The notes: a model not told the origin generated them from the letters alone. A stretch of DNA of 43,452 nt from Macrostomum lignano (GCA_002269645.1 NIVC01004520.1:1-43452); one strand, 5' to 3'. Numbered from the stretch's first letter, positions 11,300 to 23,205 are shown. Numbers and translations: made by a program.

Positions 11300-11893
11300 A
11301 GTAGTGTGATCCTAATCTTACTGTAGTGTGATTATAATCCATCTGCAGTGTGATCCCAATCCCCCAGTAGTGTGATCACAATCCCCCAGTAGTGTGATCA
11401 CAATCCCCTCATAGTGTGATCCCAATCCCGCAGTAGTGTGATCCCAATCCCGCAGTAGTGTGATCCCAATCCCGCAGTAGTGTGATCCCAATCCCCCTGT
11501 AGTGTGATCCCAATCCCGAAGTATTGTGATCCCAATCCCGCAGTAGTGTGATCCCAATCCCGCAGTAGTGTGATCCCAATCCCCCTGTAGTGTGATCCCA
11601 ATCCCGCAGTAGTGTGATCCCAATCCCCCTGTAGTGTGATCCCAATCCCGCAGTAGTGTGATCCCAATCCCCCTGTAGTGTGATCCCAATCCCCCAGTAG
11701 TGTGATCCCAATCCCCCAGTAGTGTGATCCCAATCCCCTCATAGTGTGATCCCAATCCCGCAGTAGTGTGATCCCAATCCCCCAGTAGTGTGATCCCAAT
11801 CCCCCAGTAGTGTGATCCCAATCCCCCAGTAGTGTGATCCTAATCCCCCAGTAGTGTGATCCCAATCCCTCAGTAGTGTGATCCCAATCCCCT
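11300..11893. repeat. 22-bp minisatellite (CAGTAGTGTGATCCCAATCCCS), about 27 units, in the centrin intron
   Basis: Direct tandem repeats read from the sequence; the spurious ORFs over it have a 22-aa (3-unit) period. Confidence 0.97.
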
Positions 11894-11989
11894 TTGATCC
11901 CCTGCAGTGTGATGCCCCACTGTCCTGGTGTCAGATCCCCAACAGTTTTATCCCAAGCAACTGCTCAATCCGACCCCACCAATGCCCAC

Positions 11990-12187
11990 CTTCACATTGT
12001 AGTCCTGTACTAATTTGGCAACCTCGCTCTTCTTCAAATCGAATCCCAGCGCTCGAAGGGCCACCTTGAACTCGTGATAAGTGATGGCATTGTCATTGTC
12101 GCTGTCAAACAGTTCAAATGCATCCTTGATCTCAGCTTTCTGCTCGCTGCTCAGTTCGCGTCTCTTCTTTCTTCTTTTGGCGTCCAT
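11990..12187 (-). CDS. CETN3: Centrin-3 coding exon (N-terminus and EF-hand 1)
   Basis: MDAKRRKKRRELSSEQKAEIKDAFELFDSDNDNAITYHEFKVALRALGFDLKK, with the KKRRELS..QK.EIKDAF signature of centrin-3. Donor is AAG|GTGGGC at 11989 (alternative AAT|GTGAAG at 11995). An acceptor lies 8 nt upstream of the ATG. Confidence 0.9.
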
Positions 12188-13497
12188 TGCTGTTGCTGCA
12201 AGTTGTGGATGAAAGTACATAGAATAATGCAGAAATTCAGAGCTGCATTTCCCAATAACTTCTAGGATTGCCTCCTCTCTATGACTTTGCTACCCATAAT
12301 CAGGGTACTTTAATGGCAACTTATGTTTAATACTCATGTCATTGTATAAATGTGCTTTTAATAAATACATTTCTGTTGAAATCAAACATGTATCAATGCA
12401 AAAAATGTAAAAAACATGGTGTGCACCATTGCCAATCTCAGTATGCCAGAAGGAAATTTTTGGGCCTTGTCTAGTTCAATAACTCTTGAAGATGACAATA
12501 AACATGTACCAATCACTAAAATACATGAGGCACTTACAATTGATACTATGTCAAGTCATTCTGAATAACTGAATAAGTGGATACAGTTGCATTAAAACAT
12601 GACATGATATCATATTTGTATTACCATTCAATAATGAAAATAATTTTATTTAAAATAGTATGATACATAAGTTACTTTGATATATACAATAATAAAGAGT
12701 TTTTGCTTAACTCCTATCATTCTTTTGAAGTTTTTAAATGTGCAATTTTGTAGACATAAGCATCATTAATACTTTAGCAGAATGGGCGCCCCCACCTTCC
12801 CGCTGTGTCCCCTCCGGGACAGCCCTGCAGTTAAATCATTAATACTTCTATAAGATATTCTTACATACAAAGCATGCTGATAATAGTGAATTTGTCTGTG
12901 TTGCAGCATTGGTCAATTTAATTTTCATTTGAGATAAAGTTGGAGTTAAAAAAAGACGATTTTATTGTTATGTCAGCAGAAGACAAATCATCAGATTTTG
13001 AGTCTGATTAGAGCATGAGGTAAACAGCAGCGACAAAAAAAGCAGACAAAATGTATATTACTTGGCACAATGGCATGACCACTATGCACTGCAGTACTAG
13101 TAGAACAAAATTTGGACTATCAAACCAAGATGGCCTATCTACTAGGGATCCATAACTATCAGATCCACATTATTGTCTTAACTTTCTTGAAGCTAAGCAG
13201 CCTAAGTGCAATTGTCATATGCTTTGTATCAACCAATCACCATTTGAAAATTATCAATACATATGGCATAAGAATGAGACTACAAAGCCTCCCAAGTTTG
13301 CTTAAGAAGAGCACCCTTATATCCAAAACTTGCATACTGCAGATAAGAAACATTTGCCTTTATGCAAGAACTTGACACTTGAAGTTGCACAAGGCAGTTG
13401 TAATAATATTAGTGGCTATCTATGCTTTTCTTTTTTACTATTACTAATACTATTTGAAATACTTGGGGTTTTTCTCGGGGTGGCCTGGTAGGTCTTT

Positions 13498-13697
13498 GAA
13501 TCCCACTGCTGCCACCAGTGAAATAGATGGGGTTTTCTTGGGGTGGCCTGGTAGGTCTTTGAATCCCACCGCTGCCACCAATGAAGTGGAATGGTGTTTG
13601 CTTCCCGGATTAGGCCCTTGCGGATTACCTTAAACCTCGGCCTCTTCTTCTTGGGAAGTTCTCTCAACTCTCAGTAGCGTAGGTAGTGCTGCCACCA
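13498..13697 (-). other. Three tRNA-Leu-type primer-binding sites downstream of an LTR-like unit; two lie in 63-bp tandem repeats
   Basis: Plus strand GAATCCCACTGCTGCCACCA (13498-13517), GAATCCCACCGCTGCCACCA (13561-13580) and GCTGCCACCA (13688-13697) match the 3' end of metazoan tRNA-Leu including CCA. Confidence 0.85.
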
Positions 13698-14561
13698 GTT
13701 CCTTCAGGTCTCGGCCCTCGATGAGGTGAGCTTCCCGTCGGAACGAAATAAACAAGTCAACGAACTCAGCACAGCGTGTAGATTTGCAGATTAATGAACA
13801 AGGCGTCCTGATCAGCAGATCCCCGCCGGGCTCAGGGGTGGCTGGGAAGGCAGTGTTAGCCTCCCTTAGGCTTGGGCTTTAGTGGGGTCTCAGTCAGACC
13901 AGTACAAACGGATTCAGTACGCAAAGGGCACTTAGTTAGACACTGACGCACACGGGATCTTAGTGAATTCTCCGCAGATAAGAAGCCATTTCCTTGACGG
14001 AAACAAGGGGAGAGGGGTCCTATTTATAGTCGGGAAACACCCACGCACAAGACCTCGTGACTTGTTCTATTTTTAGAACTGACGTCACTTGAGATCTCGA
14101 GGCAGGGTCTCAGTGCGCGCAAGACCTCGTGACTCGTTCTATTTTTAGAACTGACGTCACTTGAGGTCTCCGGCCAGAGTACACGTGGCTGTGACTCAGT
14201 TGCTATTTTTAGCAACATGAGTCACTCCTCTCCTTAGAGAAGGGAGGGGTCCAAAAGCACGTGATTCTCCCGGTAAACAGGGCCAACGAGTGCAGTAAAC
14301 ATGTTTACTGCACTTTAGGACTCGAAGAACGCAGAGTCTGTCATGTGACTTGCTCACAAGACAGAGGAAAACGGGACGGGAACGAAACAGAGACAGCCCA
14401 CAGCAGAGAAGCTGAGGGCTGAGAACAGAGACGCAGAAGGGCAGAACAGGCCAAGGGCAGCAACAGACGGGCTAAGGGGGGGGGGTGGGAAGCTGACCAG
14501 CGGCAGACAGCAACCCAGGGCGAGGGCGAGGGAGACTGCTGACAAAGTGGGACGCCTAACA
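13698..14561 (-). mobile_element. LTR-like unit of a non-coding element, related to 23940-24719
   Basis: Minus strand starts TGTTAG at 14561, has TATAAAT near 14025 and ends at the PBS. It shares GTCACATGACAG, GTTGCTATTTTTAGCAAC and TGGTGGCAGCACTACCTACGCT with the 24-kb copy. No terminal CA and no TSD were found, so boundaries are uncertain. Confidence 0.6.
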
Positions 14562-14789
14562 TCAACTAGCAGATCACTACATATTCTTTACTATTTCTAT
14601 TCTATTACTATTCTTACTATTCACCCTAACAGAAATGACTACTAAGTGATGCCATTTTTGAAGATGCGACCCAGGCTACTAGCTAGTCAACCAATGCAAC
14701 TTAGGCCACTAGCAAGTCAAACAATGTAGCCGAGGCCACTAGCCAATCAACTAACCTAACCTAGGCTTCTAGCCCGCTTCCAGTCAATT

Positions 14790-14865
14790 CGGCGACAACC
14801 GATTCGGCGACAAGTCAGTTCGGCGACAGCCAATTCGGCGAATGCTAATTAAGGCGAATTAAGGC
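14790..14865. repeat. Short tandem TTCGGCGACAA motifs, probable DNA-transposon subterminal repeats
   Basis: Four copies of ttcggcga(caa/cag/atg); a related (t)tgtcgccaa / gggcgacaa motif recurs at 17838 and 22950-23125. No partner TIR identified. Confidence 0.45.
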
Positions 14866-14961
14866 GGATCATTGCATAAAGCTACTAAAACTCGTTAAAT
14901 TTTACATACGTATACGCATAGCCATTCACCCCTGACCATTTATTATAGAAAAATTGTTGGA

Positions 14962-17505
14962 GTGCTGGACCGGCTGCTCGCCCATGGCGTAACGCTTAAC
15001 ACCGCCAAGTGCCAGTGGGCTGCAGAGTCCGTGCAGTTTCTGGGCTACATCGTCTCGGCGAGAGGCCTTCAGCCGATGCAGTCCAATGTGGAAGCCATCG
15101 AAGCGGTGCCGGAGCCTCAGAACACCGAGGCGGTGGCCTCATTTCTCGGAATGGTAAAGTTTTACTCGAACTTCCTACACAACCTATCCGACATCGCCGA
15201 GCCGCTGCTGCAGCTACTTCGCAAGGACCAGCCTTGGAACTGGACAGCGGACTGCCAGAAGGCCTTTTGGAGGCTTAAGAAAATGGTAGTGTCTCCAACG
15301 TGCCTGCGATTCTTCTGTCCCGACGACAAGATAATCGTGGCCTGCGACAGCTTTGCGCACGCTCTGGGTGCCGTGTTGATGCAAGAAGACAGCGCTGGCG
15401 TTCGCAAGCCAGTTGCTTTCGCGTCGAGGACTCTGTCGGCGACCGAGCGCAAGTACTCCGCGTCAGAAAGAGAGGCGCTGGCATGTATCTTCGCCTGCGA
15501 GCGTTGGCACTACTTCCTGTTCAGCCGGAGATTCGAACTGCACACCGATCACCAGGCTCTGACGACGCTGCTGACGGCTCAAGGCAGCGGCCACCGACCT
15601 TTGCGGCTGCACCGATGGGCCGACCGCCTGCTCGCGTACGACTTCCAAGTGTGCCACGTTCCCGGCAAGAAGAACATCGTGCCCGACTTTTTGTCACGCC
15701 ATGGCGCTTTCGGAGAAGATTGCGCTGAAGATCCGACCGAGCACCAGGTGAATGCCGTATTGTTATCGGGCGCGTTGGAGGTTGTCAGCGCAAGCGAGTT
15801 GGCCGAGGCATCCCTGCAGGACCCGGTAATAAGCGAAGTGATAGCTCTGACGCTCCAGGGGTGGCCGAGCTCCATCAAGCATCTGCGGTCGGAGTTGCAG
15901 CCGTTCTGGAGGATCCGAATGCAGCTGACGGCCTGGAATGACGGCAAGTGCCTGGCCAACGGCACTCGAGCGGTGATCCCCGCATCCCTGAGGGAGAAGA
16001 CGCTGCAGCTGGCACACTTCGGACACCTCGGCGTGAGCAGAATGAAGCAGCACTGTCGGGACGCCGTCTGGTGGCCGCAAATCGACCAGCACATTGAGGA
16101 GTTCGTGCGGCACTGTGAGGCCTGTCTGCTAAGCGAGAAGAATTTCAAGCCATCCAAGACGGTTCTGACCCCGACAAAGTGGCCGACGCGTCCATGGGAG
16201 GAGCTTCAGCTAGACATCTTTGGGGAGCTGCACTCGGCTCCGAACTCCTGCCGCTTCATCCTGGTGCTGTAAGACTTGCACTCAAAGTGGCCGGAGGCTG
16301 CCTGCATGTCAACCATCACAAGCGCTGATGTCATCGACGCCTTGACAACGTGGTTTAGTCGTTGGGGGCTGCCGAAGAGTATCAACACAGATGGAGGGCC
16401 TCAGTTCGTGTCCGGTGATTTCGAGGATTTTCTCCGGCGCTGTGGCATCCAGCATCGGCAGTCGCCGCACTACCACCCTCAGGGCAACGCGGCGGTGGAG
16501 CGTTTCAACCGGTTTCTCAAGGACGGCCTCAAGACGCACTTGGAGGAGGGCTATGACTTTAAGGACGCGGTGAAGGCACTGCTGTGGTCGTACAGAGCCA
16601 CCCCGCATGCACTGACTGGAGTTACGCCGGCGGAGCTGATGACAGGCCGGAAGATCAGCACTCCCCTGACAGCCCTACAGCCAAGGACGGCAGCGCGGCA
16701 CAGACTGGCGGCCGGCATCAAGCGGAAACAGCAGCGAGTTTTCAACCAGCTCAACTCGACCAGGAGACCCCCGCCGACTTTCATGGTCGGCGACTGGGTG
16801 CGGGTGAAGCGGCCGTTCGCCCGTGGCAAGCTAAGCAGCCGCCTGTCCGAGCCTCGTGAGATCTCCCGGATCGCGAGCGCCACCACCGTCATCCTCAATG
16901 ATGGCTCCCGCTGGCACGTCGACAATTGTGTTCGAGTGCCGCGGCCCGCCGGAGCGCTGCCACACTGGCCCGCTACGGCTTCCAGCGCGGCGGCGATTCC
17001 GGCGGAGGCAGCAGAGCCAGCGCAGCCGCAGCAGACAGCCCAGACTGCGGTTCGAGTGAGCACGAGGACGCGAGCGCCTCCACAGTGGTACGGGGAAATT
17101 GTGACGCATTAACTGATTTATTAGTGACTGCTAACTGACTTTCTCACGAATGATGTGCATTTGAAGCCAAATTAGTTGTTTTCAGACTAATATTGCGATT
17201 TAATGCTCAGTGAAATACTCAGTGTGATGATCTACTTTTATTCCTTCGATGCTCAGTCATGCGCTTTTATTCCTTGTTCAATATTTCGACGAATTCGGTT
17301 TTCGCGATTCCACTAATCGGAAGGGAAGGTGAATGTTGTGTTGCTACTCAATGTGTGTGTGTAGTTGTGTGTACGTTCGTTGTACATCTGTTAGCTATCG
17401 ATCGCATTACAATATATGATATATAAGTGAGAGCGCGTTGAGTTTGAGAGCTTGAGAGTTTCGCAAACAAACTTGCAGACTGGCTGGCTTATTCATTATA
17501 CAACA
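14962..17505 (+). mobile_element. 5'-truncated Ty3/Gypsy LTR retrotransposon (RT end, RNase H, integrase, PPT, 3' LTR)
   Basis: Motifs VQFLGY, RNase H (CDS..LGAVL, EREALAC, TDHQAL), H2C2 (AHFGH..CEAC) and integrase core (LDIFG, TDGGPQF, NAAVERFNR). One nonsense TAA at 16270-16272. PPT GGAAGGGAAGG at about 17319-17329. No 5' LTR or gag. Confidence 0.93.
17334..17505 (+). repeat. 3' LTR (172 bp, TGTTGT..ACAACA)
   Basis: 6-bp inverted termini immediately after the PPT. Confidence 0.85.
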
Positions 17506-18524
17506 GATACATGGCCATGTATACCATTTTCCCACCTGACCCAACATAATGGGCTTAAATAGTTTGATGGTTGGTTATTTAGGATTATTATTATATTTTA
17601 TATTTACTATACTACCATTGGGGTTAATATAATAAATAATAATTCTTACGGTGTTAGTTATGGTATGTTACATATATACTAGGTTGGTTCGCAACATTTG
17701 TCAAGAAAAAATCGCCACTTAATTGCTACCAATCGCCAGCGATTTGCTGGCGGCTTTTCAAGAGGGAAATTCTTGTACTTGTATCTCAACATTTGTTTTA
17801 CTGAAATACATTTGACATTTAAAACTGGTAAAAAGCCTGTCGCCAAGTTAACCTGTTGCCAAATTTACTGGTTCCCTTCTAGCCTACCTATCAAGTCCAA
17901 CTAGTGCACTTGCAATAGAGAAGCTGATACCTAGCTTGAATAATATCATTAGTGGCATTGTGCCACTCTCTACTAATAGTGGCATCAGCAAGGTGGCATC
18001 TTTGACTTTTATGCCAACCATGACAGATGGCAAGCCCATGTAAATGGGTGAAAAATTTTATTTACCACTAACTTTGGCTTTGTGAAAGATGAATTACAAG
18101 CAATTAAACAATCTGGCTAATCTAATAGGCATGGTCTGTTAGTCAGCCAGCCAATTACAACATTGCTACTAGATAATTATAATCATAAAGCAATTTTAAG
18201 AGCAAAAAATATGGCTAGCCCAAGCTGCCAGACCATAAGCACTTAGACCTTTTATATTAATCAAAACACAAATACATTGGTTCCATTTTGTTGTAAACCC
18301 TAAAAATGTTTTTATGCTAATGATAGATCCAAATATTTGGATTTGGAATCTGAATCCAAAAAGATGTTTTACTTTTTTAGAAATACAAATGTTTTGGATT
18401 TGGAAAAATGTTTCCAAATATTTTCAAATATGTCAAATATAAAAAAATCTAGAAACCTAAACAAATTCATGTTCATAGAAGAAATAAAACTTTTGAAATA
18501 ATAAAATATATTAAAAAACTGTGA

Positions 18525-18830
18525 CAGGTAGAAAAGCTGCAATTCCACATTGAGCAATATGCGCTGAAGGTAGCATATCATTGGGCTGACACGCGACAAT
18601 GCTACCCTCAAACATTGCAAGTCTGGCCACACCTGAAGTTCCTAAGGGAACAATTTAGCCACCAGGAAGCCGTTGCTATCCTCTTAGATGTCACTCATCA
18701 TCTCCAGAGGGCCATAAAAGTCAGCCTGCCACCCTCATTAGTGATATTGGACGAGGAGTATCATTGGTTTTTCGCCCAGATTGGTTGGCCATATAATCGC
18801 AATCTCCTGGAGCCTTGCAGGTTTATTTGA
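18525..18830 (+). other. Open frame of 101 codons with no ATG start; unknown function
   Basis: QVEKLQFHIEQYALKVAYHWADTRQCYPQ..YNRNLLEPCRFI* is a stop-free, higher-GC island in AT-rich DNA. No recognised motif. Confidence 0.3.
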
Positions 18831-19157
18831 ACTGTTAATGTGAACTAACTATTGCATTGCCTTTAATAATAGTTTGCTTTTAATAATACTATTGCCTTTA
18901 TAATAGCTTGCTTCCATAATAGTTTTGTTTTATAATAGTTTTGCTTTATAACAGTTTTTCACTTAATTATTGTCTGCCTTCATAAGTTTGCTTGTATTTT
19001 GTACAATCTTTTTTATGCACTAATTTGCTAACTTAGCACCCATATATATCTTTTCTTTTGCACTTAGCTGTGCACTTTTCACCTATTTTACATATTGATA
19101 TCAATTTTTCATTGTATAATAGTATTTTGTTCAAACTTGATATTAAGAGGAAGAAAT

Positions 19158-19902
19158 TGTGGTAGTGCTTCAATACTGTAATAATGTGGTAAGTGGGTGC
19201 CTCCCACTGAACTGTTTGAATTTTGTCCTATTTTTGGTCGTTAATTTGTTGTTCATCCCGGGTTTGGCCCTCCTATGTCCACCTTAAGGTGCTGCCCTGA
19301 CGTCACCCTCCCGTCATCTACCGCTCCCTGGTTCTGGCCCCCGCCCCCAGTTCTGGCCTTTGTGCCCCTTTATTTGTTCATTGTTAATTTTGCCCATCTT
19401 CTCTATCTTAATCTTTGTTTGGCCCTAATTATGTCTGCAATGTCCATTTTAATTAACATTTATCCCTTTTTATGTTCGTTATGTGCCACTGTATGGACTG
19501 TTCTATAGTATTTATAGCTTGATGTGAGCACCGTCAAAATAGTTGTCCTTTGTTTGTTTAGGTTTTGTTTGTTGCTATTCCTCCTTTACATTTGAACTGT
19601 TAACTTCTTATGCCTTAATACTTGGATACCCAATTACTTGCAAGTTAATCAACAACTAATATTGTCTAATTTATAGTCGCCTTCACGGCACCGCCTTGCG
19701 TCTCGTAATATTTTTCACATTAGTAATAATTATCTACAACTTATCCTACTTTACTAATAAACAAATTCAACTTGTTACTTGTTGCTTATTTAAGACCATA
19801 GCTTATCTTTTAGAGTAATTTGCCCGTGGGGCATAAAATAACCCAGTCTCATCTCAAAGAAAGCTCTAAGACTTCTCAACATTCCGTAATACACAAATTA
19901 CA
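19158..19902 (+). mobile_element. LTR-like unit with a PPT upstream and a PBS downstream
   Basis: AAGAGGAAGAAAT precedes TGT at 19158 (alternative start TGTAAT at 19177). The unit ends ATTACA at 19902, followed by g and TGGTGGCAGCG at 19904-19914. Extra PBS-like motifs at 20131 and 20166. Confidence 0.6.
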
Positions 19903-20493
19903 GTGGTGGCAGCGCTACTCTACTGGAAGTAATCAGTCAAGCATTTGAGGTATATCAATTCGGTGTCCAAGGACCCTATCTGAACACTTGTGCCTAACGA
20001 AGACTGCTTGTCTACAACCAAACTACCCTCTACCCAGAATTGAGGACCCTGGCAGTCGGAGTACCAAGAGAAGTTTCGTTGAGATTTGTCTGTGCAATAT
20101 TTCCAGATTTAATTCATGCAAATTCAACATTGGTGGCAATTCAAAATAAAACTGCCCCACCTCATTGGTGTCAGCAAACTAGCTAAAATAGATTTATTGC
20201 CAAATCCCTCACCCCCTTACTTTTCTTTCTCTGCCCCTACCTCAATAATATACAATTTCCTAGAAAACTGAATTTGGGCAAAATAAATATTTTGCACCAT
20301 GTATTTTGTTTTACTACATGAAATATTTGGGGAAATATTTTTGTTATAAATGTATTAAGAAATCAAGGGTATATATAAGAGTGATTTTGCAATAAATAAA
20401 CTCTGTCTATTAACTGTGAACAAGTATTGCAAACAAAAATAAGCAGTTTAATCTATATATTTCAAAGTCTTTTGAGTTTAATAGTGACTTATT

Positions 20494-21768
20494 CAGTGTT
20501 GGGCACTTCCGTTACCGAGTAACTTGTAAATGGTAACGCAAGTTACTTTTTCGTAAAGCGTTCCTTACGCAAGTTACTTTCCTATTTTGGTAACGGAGTA
20601 ACAGTAAGTTACTCAAATTTCAGAAGTCCATTACAGTTACTTTGCAACAATCGCAATATTTAAATTTAAAACTGATATGCTTAGCTATTACTCCAGTTGT
20701 CACATTTTTAGCATTTTTCATTCCTAAATTCAAAACTAAGTGAATAATATCATACGGTATTACGCTGTAATTAATAAAGAAATACTTGAAACATGTTTTT
20801 ACTTTGTTATTTTCGGTAAAATATTTTTGCTTTTCATTTTTAAGTTAATAAAAATATTTTGTTTAGTTCTTAGAAACAAAAAACTAAAGAAATAAATTCA
20901 TCTGTAGTCTCCACAAATCTACTCAGTGATCGACGTAGCCAGGAATTTTAATTGGGGGGGGGGGCGGGTTGGCCTGGCTGGCCATGCCTCATGCCATTGC
21001 CACTTTTAGCGCCGCAGGCACTCATTTTAGTGCCGCAAGCACTTATTTAAGCACCGCAAGCACTCATTTAAGTGCCGCAGGCACTCATTTAAGCGCCGCA
21101 GGCACTCAATCGCCTCATGGTTTTTGGTACCCGCTACGCCCAACCTTACCCCCCCAGGTGGGATGTCTTGCAGGTAGGGTGAAGTTGCCACCCCAACAAT
21201 TGTTAAGGCGGCCTCCCTGGCTACACCACTAAAGTCCACTGGCACTGCACTGCACTGCACAATAATTTAATATTATGATAATAATTGAAAATAAATAAAA
21301 AGACTAGTAAAGCAGACTATAGAGTGGAGTAAAGCCAGGTACTTATTACTAGCAATGTATTATTAAGGACAACTGAAGTTACGTTAAGTTGTCCTTGTGT
21401 ATTATAACTTATAATGTTATTAAAAATTAAATTGCGTTTGCCTTTAACGTTTCTGACCTTCAGCTTCTTTTCTTTTTACGGAAAGGGCCTAAAGTGATTA
21501 AAATTTAATACAGTTACTGAAATTAATGTTGTTTTATTCTTCCTCCTGGCTTTTGCGATCATTTGTGCTGTTCCAGCGCATTTGCAATGTTAAAAAAGCA
21601 AAAAATTTTGTTAATAACATAGGTAACGGAAGTAAGTAACAGAAATAACTTAAAAGTTACCAGGTTTTTGTATAAAGTTACTAGGCTAACATAAGTTACT
21701 TTTTAAAAAGTGGTAACTTAAGTTACAATAATGCAAGTTACTTTTTTTGAGTAACTTGCCCAACACTG
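20494..21768. mobile_element. hAT-type non-autonomous element (MITE)
   Basis: TIR CAGTGTTGGGCA / TGCCCAACACTG; perfect 8-bp TSD GACTTATT at 20486-20493 and 21769-21776; many subterminal AGTTAC/GTAACT motifs. Confidence 0.93.
20925..21230. mobile_element. Small nested MITE-like insert with internal 21-bp tandem repeats
   Basis: Imperfect inverted ends AGTG..GTAGCCAGG / CCTGGCTAC..CACT; about 5 copies of GCACTCATTTAAGTGCCGCAG at about 21003-21111. No TSD found. Confidence 0.5.
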
Positions 21769-21864
21769 GACTTATTCATTTTAAAAAGACTGAGAAATGA
21801 TTCTAAGAAATTTGCTAAGAAAGGGAATTGGGACTAATTCTTAGAGATATACTAAGAGAAGCGC

Positions 21865-22126
21865 CATGACCTTCTAGTCTCGGTAGATGCCCGATTAGGA
21901 CTAACTAGGCCCCCTAACTCATGTACCAGTACTAGACCGCTTAGGCCATATATAAGATACTACCAGAGCTATACATAAGATGCTACCAGAGCCATACATA
22001 AGATGCTACCATAGCTATACATAAGACGCTACCAGCCAGAACATTACTAAGAACGCTACCCAAAAATATATGAGATTCAAACAAACAGTTAGGATTTAAA
22101 AAGGCAGAGCTATAAGCCCTATCACA
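21865..22126 (+). mobile_element. Degenerate short LTR (about 260 bp), same family as 42001-42256 and 42616-42846
   Basis: Purine tract followed by CATGACCTTCTAGTCTCGG; internal AAGATGCTACCAGA repeats; ends TAAGCCCTATCACA; a decayed PBS-like cagcagtaggat follows. Confidence 0.6.
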
Positions 22127-23205
22127 GCCAGTACCAGCAGTAGGATATTTGTAAGGACAGGACCAAGAAGCCTATCACAATAGTAATATAGACACAACTG
22201 CCATGTCTTTAAGTGTGGTGTATTTTTTATCAAATGGTCAATTTACCACAAATAAAAATGAGACTAGAGTAGGCCTATAGACATTAGACTTAGACATAGT
22301 CATAAACTATAGTCTATAGTAGTATAGAATAGGTAGGCCTAGCCACTTAGGCCTATGTTGAAGAAAATCTCAACAGAGTAAGCCCTAAATATTTCAATAT
22401 TTAGTTAATTAGATCCATTTGATTTGAATAATAATTAGGAAATTATGCTAATAAACACCAAGCATGTAGGTGCTTTTTGAAATTTAAAAGCACAATGTGC
22501 TTTTGCCTTTTTGCTTTTCATATCATAGAAATTATTATGACATGACAATTGACATGTTATATTTATAATACACTAATAGAGAGCAATGATCTGAATCTAA
22601 CCTAGGTCTATCTATAATATATTTAGATCATCTAGGCTAAGTCACCAACTTCAGTAAGGTAATGTGGTCCACAAATCTGCATTCAAAAAAATGGTACTTT
22701 AAAAAGCTTAAAGTCACAGGTCGCAAAGTCTTTGAAATCCACTTAGAAGATTTAAATGTCAAAGTCCGTCGTCGTCTTAGTTTTCGAAGTTAATTTTTTT
22801 ACATATAAAAACAAATCACTTTTTAGTTTACTTCCTGTTAAACTAACAAAATATTTAAAAAATAAAATTCGTATCTGAATTACAATATCGAATGCCTGAG
22901 TTAGCTTTGTTCATTTGTTTTAACGGGCTACCATGGTAGTACACACTTGGGCGACAAGACTCGCGCCCACACTCGTGGCGTAGGTTTTTCACCAAATGTC
23001 CACTATCGAGGTCGTTAGTCGCCGATATGGCAAATTACTAGTACTGTCGCCAAAAAGTAATTTGTCCCTATAAATTTTTTGTGTCTTAGACGAAGTGTCC
23101 GGCGTCGAAATGTTTTGTCGCCAAAGTGACTGGCACAAAGAAGTTTTGGCTAAAAAAAGGCTCATTGAGAGACCGCAATCCGAGGTCTCGGGTCGACGTT
23201 CCGGC

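Noticed and set aside
11318-11865. Long Gly/His/Trp-rich repetitive ORFs on the minus strand
   Set aside because: They are translations of a 22-bp intronic minisatellite, open in several frames because the unit lacks stops on that strand.
13495-13580. tRNA-Leu genes
   Set aside because: Only the last 20-23 nt are present and CCA is encoded, which fits primer-binding sites and not genes.
14199-14216. RFX X-box regulating centrin
   Set aside because: Half-sites GTTGCT and AGCAAC are 6 nt apart, beyond the usual 0-3; kept only as a hairpin. A better-spaced GTTGCTAGGGAAC at 5134 is a lone motif with no other support.
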